A DNA stretch of 64,000 bases, taken from the NCBI RefSeq assembly GCF_963921235.1, contig NC_086108.1, positions 40,054,001 through 40,118,000 on the forward strand, read 5' to 3'. The DNA is from Mobula hypostoma (taxonomy: Eukaryota). Within the stretch, counting starts at the first letter, position 1. Each line of letters starts with the position of its first letter. Positions 62,761-64,000 of the stretch are shown here, piece after piece. The notes beneath the pieces were generated by a model that had not been told where the DNA came from, ran no database searches, and worked only from the letters and a program-made list of their open reading frames with translations. The position numbers were made by a program, and so were the translations under genes.

Positions 62761-64000
62761 ATAATTAAAATATACTGTATATACACAAATACCTGGTCCC
62801 AGTGTATATGGAGAAGGCAGGGACCAGAGCTATGCCCACAGAATCACTGGCACTCGCCAGCACCATGTTAAATAGATGTTTAACAACAGTTACTAAATAT
62901 CCAGCAAAGTAGCAGCTAATAGATTTCTCTATGCCAAAGTCTGCTTTATCTAATATTTATTTAAGAAAATTAAAATATGTTTTCATTCAAATTTAAATAA
63001 ATTGTTTGCTTTACAGCAACTTTTAATATCACCAGGGTACCAAATCAGTGCTATCGCTTGTGGCCAACAGAAAAAAAAATAATGATACCTCTACCAGTGA
63101 AGCTGATAACTCAAAACTGGAGCTGTCAGTTAATGACTTGGCTGCAGTTGTTAAGAGCTATTAAATTTCATTGTTCGTTGTAACATTTATTTTTTAAAAA
63201 AACAAGATTAGTGAGTGTTTGATTTATTGGCATTGATTTTAACAAGATGATTCATTGATCACAGTTTTCCAGAAGAAGCAGCAATTAAAGACATTTCATT
63301 TGCATTAATACACACCGAGTCCTGCTTTTGTCTAAACTCTCTCTCCCTTTGCAGACGATATTGATCTATCTCTGCTTGAGCTTCATCCTTTGCTTGCTTC
63401 AGACGTCTTCCCTTCCCTAGAAGTAATGTTCACAAAAAAAAACGCCTGGTAAAGGCTTCATACCAATAGAGCCACAAGCCTAATAAACAGAAGGCACACA
63501 AGGGAATCATGCATTGCAAAACAGAAGGAAGCTGGACTGATTAGTATGAATTCTGTAAGTTACACTGCCTTATGTTGGGAATAATTCCGTTTTGATGATT
63601 TATTGATTTTCTTCATGGATTCCGCCCTTGTGTGCATGATTTTCATTAGGTCTCAAAGCATAATATCTAATTATAGAAGACAGTTTCCTCTCTACAAAAT
63701 GCTGCTTTGAGCTGGAGCATCTGCAGCCTGATGTCTGGTGATGCAATGTGATGTCTTCTTTACAATGTGGCCGGCAGAGCATTTTGGAGTCACTGTTGCT
63801 GCTCTTTGGAAACCTCGGGAATGGTGAGTGTCGGATAATTATGACTCATCAGACTGTGCAGGACTTGAATTGAATTATCAGACTGGTGACCCGGGGCAAG
63901 GTAAGCTGGTTCTTTGCTCTGTCTATTTTCTATATGAGGTCTCACTAACTCTGGAAAACTTCACTGGGCTGTGTTGCATGCCTCATTGGTTATTAAAGGA

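Overview
Repeat-dense vertebrate non-genic or intronic DNA. The repeat content (CR1 LINEs with esterase ORF1, Rex1/Babar-type LINEs, L2, V-SINE/HE1-like SINEs, Penelope-like elements, Tc1, Tigger and hAT transposons) suggests a cartilaginous fish, probably a ray; this is an inference. No intact host gene was recognised, and only weak candidate exons were seen. Four main points. (1) A two-LTR provirus at 2311-7299 with a 5-bp TSD carries an ERV-L-type (class III) gag, lacks almost all of pol and has a gamma-type env. (2) Minimal type I hammerhead ribozymes lie in the 3' region of Penelope-like elements, and several ~90-120 bp TSD-flanked insertions start at the hammerhead itself. (3) Two Tigger elements closely resemble the human MER2/MER2B and Tigger4 consensus sequences as I recall them, and the MER2-like copy keeps transposase-coding sequence. 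(4) An RTE-derived short element has a structured 5' end. The window also holds two solo LTRs, deeply nested insertions and a (GT)n(GA)m satellite with higher-order periodicity. Family names come from motif recognition, not database searches, and boundaries of degraded repeats are approximate.
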